A stretch of 64,000 bases of DNA, from positions 9,796,001 through 9,860,000 of the forward strand of contig CATNEN010000003.1 in the NCBI GenBank assembly GCA_950097015.1, written 5' to 3'. This document shows positions 63,557-64,000 of the stretch, one piece after another. The stretch's first letter is position 1, and every line of letters begins with the position of its first letter. The position numbers and the translations under genes are program-made. Source of the DNA: Macrostomum hystrix (lineage: Eukaryota > Animalia > Platyhelminthes). Below the pieces are notes generated by a model that worked only from the letters and a program-made list of their open reading frames with translations, was not told the origin of the DNA and did not search any database.

Positions 63557-64000
63557 GGCGGAAGATATCCTATTCTTCTCTTAAGGAAATTAGCCAGCCA
63601 TGGGGCGGTCAGATACAATCAGCTCATGCTGTACTGCACAGCAATGATAGAAAGCATAGCTCTGTACGCCTCTGAGGCCTGGGGGGCTTTTGTCTCGTGG
63701 AACCTGGGTCCTTGGGACCGCTGTCTTTTTGAAAGAGTAAACATCAGGTGCTGTAAAGCCATACTACAAGTCAGCCAAAATACGGATGGCAACGGGGCCC
63801 GCTCGGAGTTAGGCAGATTGCCTTTATTATACAACATCCAGAAAAGAAGCATTTCGTACTGGGCCTCCATAACAAGCCGGCCGGACTCCATAATTTCCAA
63901 GTTATTGGCGGACCAAACATACAGTGATGCTGGAATCAAAGCAAAGACCAACAATGACGTTATGCTGAACTGCAGAGGCATTAGTCCTGCAAAAGCAATT
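63557..64000 (+). mobile_element. Non-LTR retrotransposon ORF2 C-terminal region (CR1/L2-group-like), running off the window
   Basis: Hand translation gives MIESIALYASEAWG...FERVNIRCCKAILQVSQNT..ARSELGRLPL..IQKRSISYW, the typical post-RT LYGSEVW / ELGR.PL / KYW motifs. Confidence 0.75.

Overview
Animal (eukaryotic) genomic DNA, not prokaryotic. GC-rich exons are split by GT-AG introns, many of them filled with minisatellites. The style resembles the flatworm Macrostomum, but this is inference only. In order, the window holds: (1) the 3' part of a multi-PLAT/LH2-domain (LOXHD1-like) gene on +; (2) a 7-coding-exon PPP4R3/SMEK gene on -, with a different tandem repeat in each intron; (3) a ~24 kb cluster (26.1-50.3 kb) of ten intronless 'signal peptide + atypical C-type lectin + PAN/Apple' sequences, of which 5 are intact and 5 are pseudogenes or fragments, whose sequences form patchworks of one another with variation concentrated in the lectin ligand loop; (4) a small secreted 8-Cys ORF; (5) a 12-exon acid sphingomyelinase (SMPD1-like) gene on -; and (6) many TE relics: tRNA-derived SINEs, MITEs with TSDs, a solo LTR, and Tc1, piggyBac, P/THAP9 and LINE fragments. 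The best candidate for an undescribed system is the mosaic lectin-PAN cluster, possibly a recognition repertoire diversified by gene conversion. All splice models and comparisons were made by eye, and no database searches were run.
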